Assembly (NCBI GenBank): GCA_017470345.1
Contig: JAFUEP010000010.1
Location: forward strand, 16,799-80,798
Origin: Prevotella sp.
GTDB taxonomy: Bacteria; Bacteroidota; Bacteroidia; Bacteroidales; Bacteroidaceae
Length of the DNA: 64,000 nt
Reading direction: 5' to 3'
Under the pieces are notes generated by a model. That model searched no databases. It saw only the letters and a list, made by a program, of their open reading frames with translations, and was not told the origin of the DNA. Both the position numbers and the translations under genes were made by a program. Shown in pieces: positions 48,856 to 57,642 of the stretch (position 1 is its first letter; each line of letters starts with the position of its first letter).

Positions 48856-49035
48856 TCAGCCCTCGTAGTTCGCTTTTGGGTCCACATCGCCGTGGAGGGC
48901 CTCCTGGAACGAGTCCCAGTCCTGGAAACCGGCCAGCAGCGACAGGCGGTCGAGCGTCTTGCGGTTGGGCTTCTTCAGGAGTTCCTTCTCGACGGCCTCG
49001 AGGAGTTTCTTCAGTGCGAAATGTTTCTTTTCCAT
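48856..49035 (-). CDS. Small 59-aa hypothetical protein (missing from ORF track)
   Basis: MEKKHFALKKLLEAVEKELLKKPNRKTLDRLSLLAGFQDWDSFQEALHGDVDPKANYEG; TAATG coupling to the GT4 gene; host-like GC3. Confidence 0.75.
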   Translation of the reverse strand: MEKKHFALKKLLEAVEKELLKKPNRKTLDRLSLLAGFQDWDSFQEALHGDVDPKANYEG

Positions 49036-50174
49036 TATTCTGTGATGTTGGCGGATAGCTCGTGGTATAGGTCGGCAAAGCGGCTGGCGGCCCCCGTGTT
49101 GTCGAAGCGGCGCACATACTGGCGGCTCAGCTCGATGCGGCGCTCGCGGCCGGGGGCACCGTAGAGCACCTGGCTGATGGCGTGGGCCATGGCCTCAGGG
49201 TCGTCGGGCGAGACGTAGAGGCTGTCCGGTCCGCCGGCCTCCTCCAGGCACGAGCCTGTGCAGGCGACGACGGGCAAGCCCATGCGGATGGCCTCGATGA
49301 CGGGAATGCCGAAGCCCTCGTAGCGCGAGGGATAGACGAAGGCGTCGGCCATGCGATAGAGGGCCGGCAGATGCTCGTCGGGCACGCCGTGGAGCATCAT
49401 CACCCGGGGGTGGAGCCGATGGCTGTCGATGTAGTCCTGCACGCGGTCGGCATAGGCCGTCGGGCGGCCCACGATGACGAGCGACACGTCGTCGGGCAGC
49501 CTATGCAGCGCCTCGACGGCCAGCAGCACGTTCTTGCGCTCCTCGATAGTGCCGACGGAGAGCACGTAGCGGTCGGGCAGGTTATACTGGTCGCGCACCT
49601 GCCACAGCAGCCTCGGCTCAGGCTCCTCGGTGAAGCGCATGGCGCAGCTCTGATAGATCAGGTCGACGCGGCTGCGGTCGATCTCGCCCAGCTCGCAGAT
49701 GTCGCGGCGGGTGCACTCCGAGATGGCCACGATGCGGTCGGCCTCGCGCAGGGTCTGACGGAACTTGCGGGTGTAGAGCCTGACGTCGACCGGCTTGTAG
49801 AATTCGGGATGGCGCATGAAGATGAGGTCGTGGATCGTCACCACCGAGGGGATGCCCGCCCGGCTGATGCCGGCGGGCAGCTCGCCCGAGAGCCCGTGGT
49901 AGACCTCGACGCCGTCGCTCAGGAGCTGCTTCACCATGCCCCGCGACCGCCAGAGGGCGCGCCCCAGTGCGGTGTGGCAGCGCTTGGGATAGCAGAACGT
50001 GACGTTCTCGCGGCCCACGATCTGCTCCCTCAGCTCTTGGCGCCCCTCGTCGGGGGCATAGAGCCGCAGCGACAAGTCGTCCATCCCGGCCAGGTCGTTC
50101 ACCAGTGTGCGGCCATAGCTGCCCAGCCCGGTGGCATTGCGCACGATGCGCTTGGCATCGAATCCAATAATCAT
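49035..50174 (-). CDS. Glycosyltransferase family 4
   Basis: VVTIHDLIF, SVGTIEERKN, YPSRYEGFGIPVIEA. Confidence 0.93.
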   Translation of the reverse strand: MIIGFDAKRIVRNATGLGSYGRTLVNDLAGMDDLSLRLYAPDEGRQELREQIVGRENVTFCYPKRCHTALGRALWRSRGMVKQLLSDGVEVYHGLSGELPAGISRAGIPSVVTIHDLIFMRHPEFYKPVDVRLYTRKFRQTLREADRIVAISECTRRDICELGEIDRSRVDLIYQSCAMRFTEEPEPRLLWQVRDQYNLPDRYVLSVGTIEERKNVLLAVEALHRLPDDVSLVIVGRPTAYADRVQDYIDSHRLHPRVMMLHGVPDEHLPALYRMADAFVYPSRYEGFGIPVIEAIRMGLPVVACTGSCLEEAGGPDSLYVSPDDPEAMAHAISQVLYGAPGRERRIELSRQYVRRFDNTGAASRFADLYHELSANITE

Positions 50175-50272
50175 GCTTACTTTAATTTTGGGCGCAAAGG
50201 TACAAAAAAAACGGCAAACGTGAATAGAAAAGCATTATTTTTCGTACCTTTGCACATACGAATATGTAGATT

Positions 50273-52057
50273 ATGAACGGATATATTGTTGATGTGACTC
50301 TTTTTTATAACAGGCTTTATGTCGTTGCAGGGTTTCTGCTGACGGTGGCCGCGAGCTTTGGCATCTATTTCGGCTTTAACAAGGGCATGGCCCGGAAGGC
50401 CCGTGGGCAGCAGACGCGCCGGTTCGCCATCGCGGCGCTGCTGGCGTGGGCGCCGCTGGCCGACGTGGGCGCCTCGCCGCTGCAGCTGCCCATTGTGTTG
50501 GCGTGGATGGTCGGCATGATCTGGGCGGCCACCTATCCGGCGCTCTTCCATCTGACCAACCGTCGGCTGTCGCCCGACTATGAGAATTATGGCGAAATCG
50601 CGTGCGGCATCTATTTCTTCGGAATCTTCTCTGCCTTGTGGCTGGCCGGGGGCGGCGTCGTCGCCGCCCTGATGGAGTGGCTGGTGCTGATGGTCAGTAT
50701 AGTGCTGGTGGGCTACTATCTGCTTTATGGCTCGTGCATCAATGCCAACGGCATGAAAATTGTCCAGGACACCCACTATAATGAGATCCTGGAGTTCGGA
50801 CGCTCCTACAAATGGTATATGGTGGTGCTGGTCGTCGGCCTGGTTGCGGGGTTGCTGGGCGTCTGCGTAGCCGTCAACACGTTTCCCGTGTCTGGCCTGT
50901 GGCCGACCGAATTCCTCGTAGCCGTGGCCTTGTTCTTTGCATGGTATGTCTTCAAGCCCCACCGGGGCATGTTCGTCCGCTCGGGCATCGTCGCCCTGTG
51001 GCTGACCATCCGCGACTATCGCCGTGGCAATATGCGCTACAGGGAGGAGATGGCACAGCGAATCAGCCGGCTGACAGTCAGACAGCGGGGGGAGGCGATG
51101 GGCGAACCCCACACCGTGGTGATGGTCATCGGGGAGTCGGCCTCGCGCGACCACATGAGCGCCTTCACGCCGATGGACCACGACACGACACCTTGGCTCC
51201 GCGAGTTGATGCACGACGACCGTCATGCCGTTGGCTTCCCCCATGCCTATAGCTGCGCGATGCACACGGTGCAGGTGCTGGAGAAGTCGTTGACGGAATA
51301 TAATCAGTACAACGGCCGCCAGTTCTATGACTCCTGCTCCATCGTCGACATTGCCCACCGGCTGGGCTATCGCGTCCATTGGTACAGCAATCAGGGGCAC
51401 CTGGGGGCAGCCGACACACCCGTCACGCTTGTTGCTGAGACGGCCGACGTGGCGAAATGGACTAAGCAAGACTTGGGCAAGGTGCAATATGATGAGGAGC
51501 TGCTGGACTATCTCGACGAGTTGGACCCCACGTGCAACAACCTGCTGGTGCTCCACCTGAAGGGCAGCCACTTCAACTTCCTGAACCGCTACCCCGCCGA
51601 CCGCACGGTCTGGGGCGAGCCGGAACGCGAGGACCACCTGCTGAACTATCATAACTCGCTGCGCTATACTGACGGAGTGCTGCAAAGGGCCTTCGACTAC
51701 TGTCGTGAGCGGCTCAACCTGCAGGCGTGGGTCTACTGCAGTGACCATGCGACGGTGCCCGACCGCCATCGCTCGCCTAACTTCAGCGATTTCGGCGACA
51801 CGCGCATCCCGCTGGTCTGCTGGATGAGCGATGCGTGGCAGCAGCTGCATCCCGGACAGTTCGAGGCGCTGCGGCAGAACCGCGATTGTTATTGGACCAA
51901 CGACCTGCTCTACGAGCTGATGTGCGGCGTGCTCGACGTGGAGAGCGAGCATTACGACGAGACGGCGTCGCTGGCCTCGCCCCGCTACCGATTCACGCGC
52001 GACGAGCTGCTCACCTTTGAGGGGCAGCTGCATATCAGCGACGACAAGAAAGAATAA
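50273..52057 (+). CDS. Phosphoethanolamine transferase (EptA/CptA-like)
   Basis: N-terminal TM helices; VMVIGESASRDH, LHLKGSH, YCSDHA; divergent -7 elements at 50195-50202 and 50245-50252. Confidence 0.85.
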   Translation: MNGYIVDVTLFYNRLYVVAGFLLTVAASFGIYFGFNKGMARKARGQQTRRFAIAALLAWAPLADVGASPLQLPIVLAWMVGMIWAATYPALFHLTNRRLSPDYENYGEIACGIYFFGIFSALWLAGGGVVAALMEWLVLMVSIVLVGYYLLYGSCINANGMKIVQDTHYNEILEFGRSYKWYMVVLVVGLVAGLLGVCVAVNTFPVSGLWPTEFLVAVALFFAWYVFKPHRGMFVRSGIVALWLTIRDYRRGNMRYREEMAQRISRLTVRQRGEAMGEPHTVVMVIGESASRDHMSAFTPMDHDTTPWLRELMHDDRHAVGFPHAYSCAMHTVQVLEKSLTEYNQYNGRQFYDSCSIVDIAHRLGYRVHWYSNQGHLGAADTPVTLVAETADVAKWTKQDLGKVQYDEELLDYLDELDPTCNNLLVLHLKGSHFNFLNRYPADRTVWGEPEREDHLLNYHNSLRYTDGVLQRAFDYCRERLNLQAWVYCSDHATVPDRHRSPNFSDFGDTRIPLVCWMSDAWQQLHPGQFEALRQNRDCYWTNDLLYELMCGVLDVESEHYDETASLASPRYRFTRDELLTFEGQLHISDDKKE

Positions 52058-52060
52058 GGA

Positions 52061-52783
52061 TTATTTGCCTCGCAGGCGGCACATGAGCCACGTGAAGCAG
52101 AGACGCGGCAGCAGCCGGAGCTGCTCGCCGAGGCTGTCGACCTCGCGCACAATGCGGATGTTGTCCATCAGCCCGGCCGAGCGCTGGGTGTTGGAGATGC
52201 CCGTGGTGTCGAAGTCGGCAATGGGGAAGTGGAGTTGACAGAAGTGACGGCCCGCCAGCCACAGTTGCTTCATCTGCTTGAAGTCGGCCGACTGGCGGTG
52301 GCTGACGTCAAAGGGGAAGACCTCGAAGACGCTTCTCCGGACGAGCGAGCTCTGGTGGCAGAAGTACATGCGATGGCCGTTGCGGGGCGATTCGGCCGGC
52401 TTGACTTGCCCGCCCTTCACCACGTCGCCATAGATGACGTCAGCCTGCTGACGGTCCTTGGCAAAGACACGGCTGAGCACGTCGGGCGCCGCAAAGACGT
52501 CGCCGGCGTTCATGAATATGAGCCATTCGCCCGTGGCCATCGCGGCACCCTTGTTCATGGCGTCGTAGATGCCGCTGTCGGGTTCCGAGACGTAGCTCGA
52601 CAGCCGCCCGGCATAGCCGGCCAGCATCTCTGGCGTACCATCCGTTGATGCGCCGTCAACGACCAGATATTCCAGGTTCTCATACGTTTGTCCGCCGACG
52701 CTCTCCATGGTCTTCCGGAGCGGGTCGATGGCATTGCGGCAGACGGTGATCACCGTCACCAAGGGTCTTCGGGTTGTCGTCAT
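52061..52783 (-). CDS. Glycosyltransferase family 2 (WcaE/WfgS-like)
   Basis: VVDGASTDGT, SEPDSGIYDAMNKG, FMNAGD, HQS. Confidence 0.9.
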   Translation of the reverse strand: MTTTRRPLVTVITVCRNAIDPLRKTMESVGGQTYENLEYLVVDGASTDGTPEMLAGYAGRLSSYVSEPDSGIYDAMNKGAAMATGEWLIFMNAGDVFAAPDVLSRVFAKDRQQADVIYGDVVKGGQVKPAESPRNGHRMYFCHQSSLVRRSVFEVFPFDVSHRQSADFKQMKQLWLAGRHFCQLHFPIADFDTTGISNTQRSAGLMDNIRIVREVDSLGEQLRLLPRLCFTWLMCRLRGK

Positions 52784-52874
52784 CGTGGGGCAAAGGTAGT
52801 CAAAAAAGCGGATAAACACAAAAATATAGCCCGATAATTTGCAAAATCGGGCGGAAATCGTTACTTTTGTGGGC

Positions 52875-53810
52875 ATGAAACTGATGTACTACGTAGTCTA
52901 CGGCCTCTGGTATGCCGTCTCGCTGCTCCCGCTGCGCGTGCTTTACGTGCTGAGCGACGTGCTGTTCTTCTTTGTCTTCTATGTCATGCACTATCGTCGG
53001 CGCACGGTGTGGGTCAACCTCGTGACGTCGTTCCCCGAGAAGGCTGAGGAGGACAAGGAGGACATCGAGCGGCGCTTCTACCGCTGGTTCTGCGACTATC
53101 TGGTGGAGAGCATCAAGCTGATGAGTATGAGTGCCGACGAGCTGAAGCGACGGATGACGTTCCGGGGCACGGAGCTCGTCGACGAGTGCGTGCGCGACGG
53201 GCAGTCGTGTGCCGTCTATCTGGGGCATTATTGCAATTGGGAGTGGATTACGTCGATGCCGCTGTGGATGGGCAGCGGGGCACAGTGCGGCCAGATCTAT
53301 CATCCGCTGGAGAATCCCCAGATGGACCGCTTGTTCCTGCATGTCCGCCAGCGCATGGGGGCCGTCTGCATCCCCATGGCCGAGTCGCTGCGGCGCCTCG
53401 TTGACTATAAGCGCGAGGGGCGGCCGGTGGTCATCGGCTACATCGCTGACCAGACGCCTTTCTGGAACAATATTCACCACTGGTGTCCTTTTCTTCACCA
53501 TGACACACCTGTGCTGACGGGCACTGAGCGCATCGCGAAGAAAATGAACCATGCTGTTTTCTATATGGAGGTCAGTCGTCCTCGCCGGGGCTACTATGAG
53601 GCTGAGCTGAAGCTCATGACGCGTGAGCCTAAGAAGTATGAGGACTTTGAACTGACCGACATCTACTTCCAAAACTTAGAGCAGACCATCTGCCGGCATC
53701 CCGAGTTCTGGCTCTGGACCCACAACCGATGGAAGCGCACCCGCGAGAAGTTCAACCTGCGCTTCGAGGTGGTCGACGGAAAGGTGCGTGAGCGGCAGAC
53801 GACTGCTTAA
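52875..53810 (+). CDS. Lipid A biosynthesis acyltransferase (LpxL/HtrB family)
   Basis: GHYCNWE, IADQTP, PEFWLWTHNRWK. Confidence 0.9.
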   Translation: MKLMYYVVYGLWYAVSLLPLRVLYVLSDVLFFFVFYVMHYRRRTVWVNLVTSFPEKAEEDKEDIERRFYRWFCDYLVESIKLMSMSADELKRRMTFRGTELVDECVRDGQSCAVYLGHYCNWEWITSMPLWMGSGAQCGQIYHPLENPQMDRLFLHVRQRMGAVCIPMAESLRRLVDYKREGRPVVIGYIADQTPFWNNIHHWCPFLHHDTPVLTGTERIAKKMNHAVFYMEVSRPRRGYYEAELKLMTREPKKYEDFELTDIYFQNLEQTICRHPEFWLWTHNRWKRTREKFNLRFEVVDGKVRERQTTA

Positions 53811-55738
53811 GGCTTGCTCAGGCGGTCCTGCGTCATGCGCTCCATATACTGCTGGATGATGGCCTTCAGCTCGCGCTCCATCTGCGCCTGCCGGGGGACA
53901 CTGCCCAGCAGGTTCTTCTGCATCAGACTGTCGCTGAGGGCATAGACGGCGGTCGGCTGCCGGCCGTCGAACTGCATGACGCAGCCATTCTTCACATATT
54001 GGTAGGTGCCGTTCAGGTAGTTGACGGCCCAGGTCTCGTCGGCCGGCGTCGAGAACAGGTCGAGGCCGAAGGCGACGTAAGGCTCGTCGTAGCCCAGATG
54101 GCCCAGCACGGTGGGCATGATGTCGGTCTGCTGGGCGATAGCGTCGCGCATGCCGGGGGCGATGCCGCCCGAGGGGTCGAAGAAGATGATGGGCGACGAG
54201 AATCCGCCCAGGTCGGTCTGGTATTCGGGGTGGTTGCTCTGGTTAGTGTGGTCGCTGGTGAGCACGAACAGCGTGTTCTCATACCACGGCTCCTTCCGGG
54301 CCTGCTCGAAGAACAGGGCGAGGGCATGGTCGGTGTAGCGTATCACCTTGTGGATGGGCAGCTCCTCCTCGCGGTAGACGTCGCGGTAGGGCTCCGGCAC
54401 CTCGAAGGGGTGATGGCTCGATAGGGTGAAGAGGGCCGTCATAAAGGGCTCCTGCATGGCCGACATCGTGCGGCAGAAGTATTGCAGGAAGGGCTCGTCG
54501 TCGATGCCCCACACGCCGTGGTTGCCAGCCGCGTCGGGCGTCGCGGCCTCATAGTCCTCACGGCCGTAATAGTCGGCAAAGCCCGTGGCACGTGCGAAGG
54601 CCAGGAAGCCCATCGACCCGCGGGCCGCTCCGTGGAAGAAGGCCGTCCGATAGCCCTTGCGGCCGAGGCAGTCGGCCAGGCCCGAGACATGGTTGACGCT
54701 GTAGGGCGAGAGGAAGAACGGTTCGACGAACATGGGAATCGACGAGAGGATGCTGGGCATGCCGTCGATCGACTTGCGGCCGTTGCAGTAGCTGCGGGTG
54801 AACGTGGCGCTGTGCTGGATGAGCGAGTCGGTGAAGGGCGTGTAGCCTTTATATCGGCCGTGCTCCAGGGTTCGGTTGAGCGCGCCGATATATTCGCGGC
54901 CGAAGCTCTCGACGATCAGTACGACCACATTCTTCTTGGTCATGACTACGGAGTCGGGCGGCAGGTGCAGGGGCGAATAGATGTCGTCGAGCTCCTCGGA
55001 TGCGAAGTAGGCCGGCACCTCGAAGTGGCTCTTGCCGATGGTGCGGATGAGCGAGAAGGGCGTGTTGAGCACGATGCCGACCTCGGCAGGCCGCTTGCAG
55101 TAGGCATTGGCATTCGACAGCGTGATAGGCCTCACCTGGCGGGTCCAACCGCCGCGCATGCCGGCGATGCAGAAGGGGGCGAAGATCAGGAGCGACAGCA
55201 GCATGACCCCCGCATAGGCCAGTCCGCCCATGCGCCTGGCATCGAGACGCGGCACGCGGTAGAGCCGCCAGAGCGCAAAGGCCACGACGATGGTCAGCAG
55301 CACCAGATACCAGTGAGCAACCAGTTCGTGGCCGATGATGGCCGCGAGGTTGCCTTCGTTGGCAAACTCATTGAACACGGTGGTCGTCGTGCGCCGCATG
55401 GTGAAGGGAAAGTAGACTACGTCGCACAGGTTGACAGCCAGCGCCAGCGTGTTGACCGCAACGAACAGCGTGCGGCAGATGCGCTCGTAGGTGCGGTTCT
55501 CCTTTTGCGGCAAAGGCAGGAGCACTAAGACAACCCACAGGACATTGGTATAGAGGATGGCCGTCGTGTCGAAGGCGAGACCGCCACGCAGCAGCTCCAG
55601 CAGGTGGCCGCCCGTCATGCCTTCGGCAAAGAGGCTCCAGTTCTCCCACAGGAAAACGAAGCGGGCCAGCATATAGACCATATAGGCCAGTAGCAGGTCG
55701 GCCGTGAGGGCGATGAGGGGTCGAAACAGTGAACGCAT
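53807..55738 (-). CDS. LTA synthase/sulfatase family membrane protein
   Basis: VVLIVESF, TLSSHHPF, TSDH, QTDIMPT. Confidence 0.88.
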   Translation of the reverse strand: MRSLFRPLIALTADLLLAYMVYMLARFVFLWENWSLFAEGMTGGHLLELLRGGLAFDTTAILYTNVLWVVLVLLPLPQKENRTYERICRTLFVAVNTLALAVNLCDVVYFPFTMRRTTTTVFNEFANEGNLAAIIGHELVAHWYLVLLTIVVAFALWRLYRVPRLDARRMGGLAYAGVMLLSLLIFAPFCIAGMRGGWTRQVRPITLSNANAYCKRPAEVGIVLNTPFSLIRTIGKSHFEVPAYFASEELDDIYSPLHLPPDSVVMTKKNVVVLIVESFGREYIGALNRTLEHGRYKGYTPFTDSLIQHSATFTRSYCNGRKSIDGMPSILSSIPMFVEPFFLSPYSVNHVSGLADCLGRKGYRTAFFHGAARGSMGFLAFARATGFADYYGREDYEAATPDAAGNHGVWGIDDEPFLQYFCRTMSAMQEPFMTALFTLSSHHPFEVPEPYRDVYREEELPIHKVIRYTDHALALFFEQARKEPWYENTLFVLTSDHTNQSNHPEYQTDLGGFSSPIIFFDPSGGIAPGMRDAIAQQTDIMPTVLGHLGYDEPYVAFGLDLFSTPADETWAVNYLNGTYQYVKNGCVMQFDGRQPTAVYALSDSLMQKNLLGSVPRQAQMERELKAIIQQYMERMTQDRLSKP

Positions 55739-55751
55739 GTGAGTGATGGGG

Positions 55752-57620
55752 CTATTTGTTGATGAGGTCATGTGATGTCAGTTGCAGCAAGGCCTTGGCG
55801 CGAGGCAGCAGCGAGTCGGGGGGCGTCGGCCCCTCATGTGCCAGGCAGGCGCCGGCATCTAGGTCGTAGGCCATGAAGCTGTCGGCATCGATGAGGGTCA
55901 TGCCGTTGACAAATGTATGATAGGCCATGGGACGGCGGTAGTTGCGGCTGACGACGTCGCGACTGAAGGTGAATTCGTCGTGGGGCAGACCCAGCTGTCC
56001 CAGCAGTGTGGCCGGTAGGTCGCTCTGGTTGCACACCTGACTGATGCTACGGACTGACCTGACGGCACCGCCCAGCCACAGCATGGGGATGTGGTTGTAG
56101 AGCCGGGTCGTCTCGCCGATGTCCTTATAGCGCACGCCATGGTCAGGCAATATGACGACGAGCAGATCGCGCCACTGCGGGGTCAGCCTCAGACTGTCGA
56201 TGAACGTGCCGAGACAACGGTCAAGATAGTGGAAGGCATTATAGATCTTGTCGTCGAGCACCTGCTCGGGCACGTCCCACGGCTCATGGCTCGAGAGTGT
56301 CAGCATGGTCTTCATCCAGCGACCGGAAGACGGCGCCTCGGCTTTGATGTCGCGAAGCAGCCGGCTGAAGACGAGGTCGTCGCGCACGCCCCACTGGGCC
56401 GTGGACTGCTGCTCGCGCGGATAGTCGGCCTTCCAGTTGAGATGCTCGTAGCCGGAGCTGACGACATAGCTGCGCATGTTGGTGAAGTTGATGTCGCCAC
56501 CGTGATAGAAAGCCGTGGCGTAGCCCTCTGCCTTCAGACTCTTTGCGATAGAAGGCAGCTTGCGGCTCTTCTCCGGAATCTTCATGACCGAGACGGTCGG
56601 GAATGACGGATAGCCGCTCAGCGTGCTGATGACGCCGCGGTCGGTGCGCCATGAGTTGGCGTAGCACTCGGTGAAGTAGATGCCCTCGTGGCAGAGCTGG
56701 TTCAGCCGGGGCGTGATCTCGGGATGGCCGCCCAGTTCGGTGAACTGGCCGCCGCAGCTCTCCATCAGGATGATGAGGATGTTGGGCCGCCGGGTGTTGA
56801 GCAGCGTGTCGGGGCTGATGCTGCGGGTGTCGTAGAGTCCTTCGGTCAGCCGGGCCAGCTCATCGTCGTCATAATAATCGTAGCTGACGATGTAGTCGCC
56901 CGACTTCGACAGTGACGATAGGAACGAGAAGACGGGATTGACGGCCGAGTGGTTGAGGAATTGGTTCTGGGAGAAATAGACCTGCCCGATGTTCGTGGTC
57001 GACTCGCTCACGCCGCCGCGGATGCCGACGACGATGAAGGGAATGCAAAGGAGATAAAGGAGCGTTTCAGCAAGGCGAAACTTCTCATGATGACGAAACT
57101 TCGATATGTCGTTATTCCGGCGTTTCGTTATAACATTATAACGGAATAACGGAATAGCGGAATATCGAAAAAGCGCGAAGATCACCCCCGCCACAATGAC
57201 GACAGCCGCGAGGCGCACGAGCAGATAGCCCGTCGTGACGCTGGCCATGGCCTCGGTGGGGTTTGAAAGATAGCCCAGACAGGAGGCGTCGAGCTTGAAC
57301 TGCCAGAAGGGGTAGAGGCTCGTGTCGGCCACGAAGGCCAGGGCCAAGGCGACGGCCATAACCCCATCATAAGCGCTGTACAGCCATCGGGGCACGCGCA
57401 GCCAGACTGTCGCGGCCGTCAGCAGGAAGGGGACGATCAGAAAATAGAGCGCCGTCGAGAGGTCGAGCGACAGGCCGTGGCGCACGGCCTGCCACATGTC
57501 GGCAATGGTCAGCACGGGCGTGGCTTCATGACAGGCGAGCATGAAGACCACCTTGGCTGCGACGAACAGTAAGACCGTCAGCAGGTAGAACCTTATGAGA
57601 TATGACAACCGTTGTATCAA
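55752..57620 (-). CDS. LTA synthase/sulfatase family membrane protein, with in-frame palindromic insertion
   Basis: PNILIILMES, TLSSHEPW, LPDHG, QSDLPAT. Confidence 0.88.
   Translation of the reverse strand: MIQRLSYLIRFYLLTVLLFVAAKVVFMLACHEATPVLTIADMWQAVRHGLSLDLSTALYFLIVPFLLTAATVWLRVPRWLYSAYDGVMAVALALAFVADTSLYPFWQFKLDASCLGYLSNPTEAMASVTTGYLLVRLAAVVIVAGVIFALFRYSAIPLFRYNVITKRRNNDISKFRHHEKFRLAETLLYLLCIPFIVVGIRGGVSESTTNIGQVYFSQNQFLNHSAVNPVFSFLSSLSKSGDYIVSYDYYDDDELARLTEGLYDTRSISPDTLLNTRRPNILIILMESCGGQFTELGGHPEITPRLNQLCHEGIYFTECYANSWRTDRGVISTLSGYPSFPTVSVMKIPEKSRKLPSIAKSLKAEGYATAFYHGGDINFTNMRSYVVSSGYEHLNWKADYPREQQSTAQWGVRDDLVFSRLLRDIKAEAPSSGRWMKTMLTLSSHEPWDVPEQVLDDKIYNAFHYLDRCLGTFIDSLRLTPQWRDLLVVILPDHGVRYKDIGETTRLYNHIPMLWLGGAVRSVRSISQVCNQSDLPATLLGQLGLPHDEFTFSRDVVSRNYRRPMAYHTFVNGMTLIDADSFMAYDLDAGACLAHEGPTPPDSLLPRAKALLQLTSHDLINK
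57085..57170. repeat. 8-bp-period imperfect palindrome in-frame within the LTA synthase gene
   Basis: acggaata acggaata gcggaata tcgaaa against ttcgatatgtcgttattccggcgtttcgtta; AT-rich patch in a GC-rich gene. Confidence 0.7.
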
Positions 57621-57642
57621 TTTCCTCCGTATTTGATTTTCC

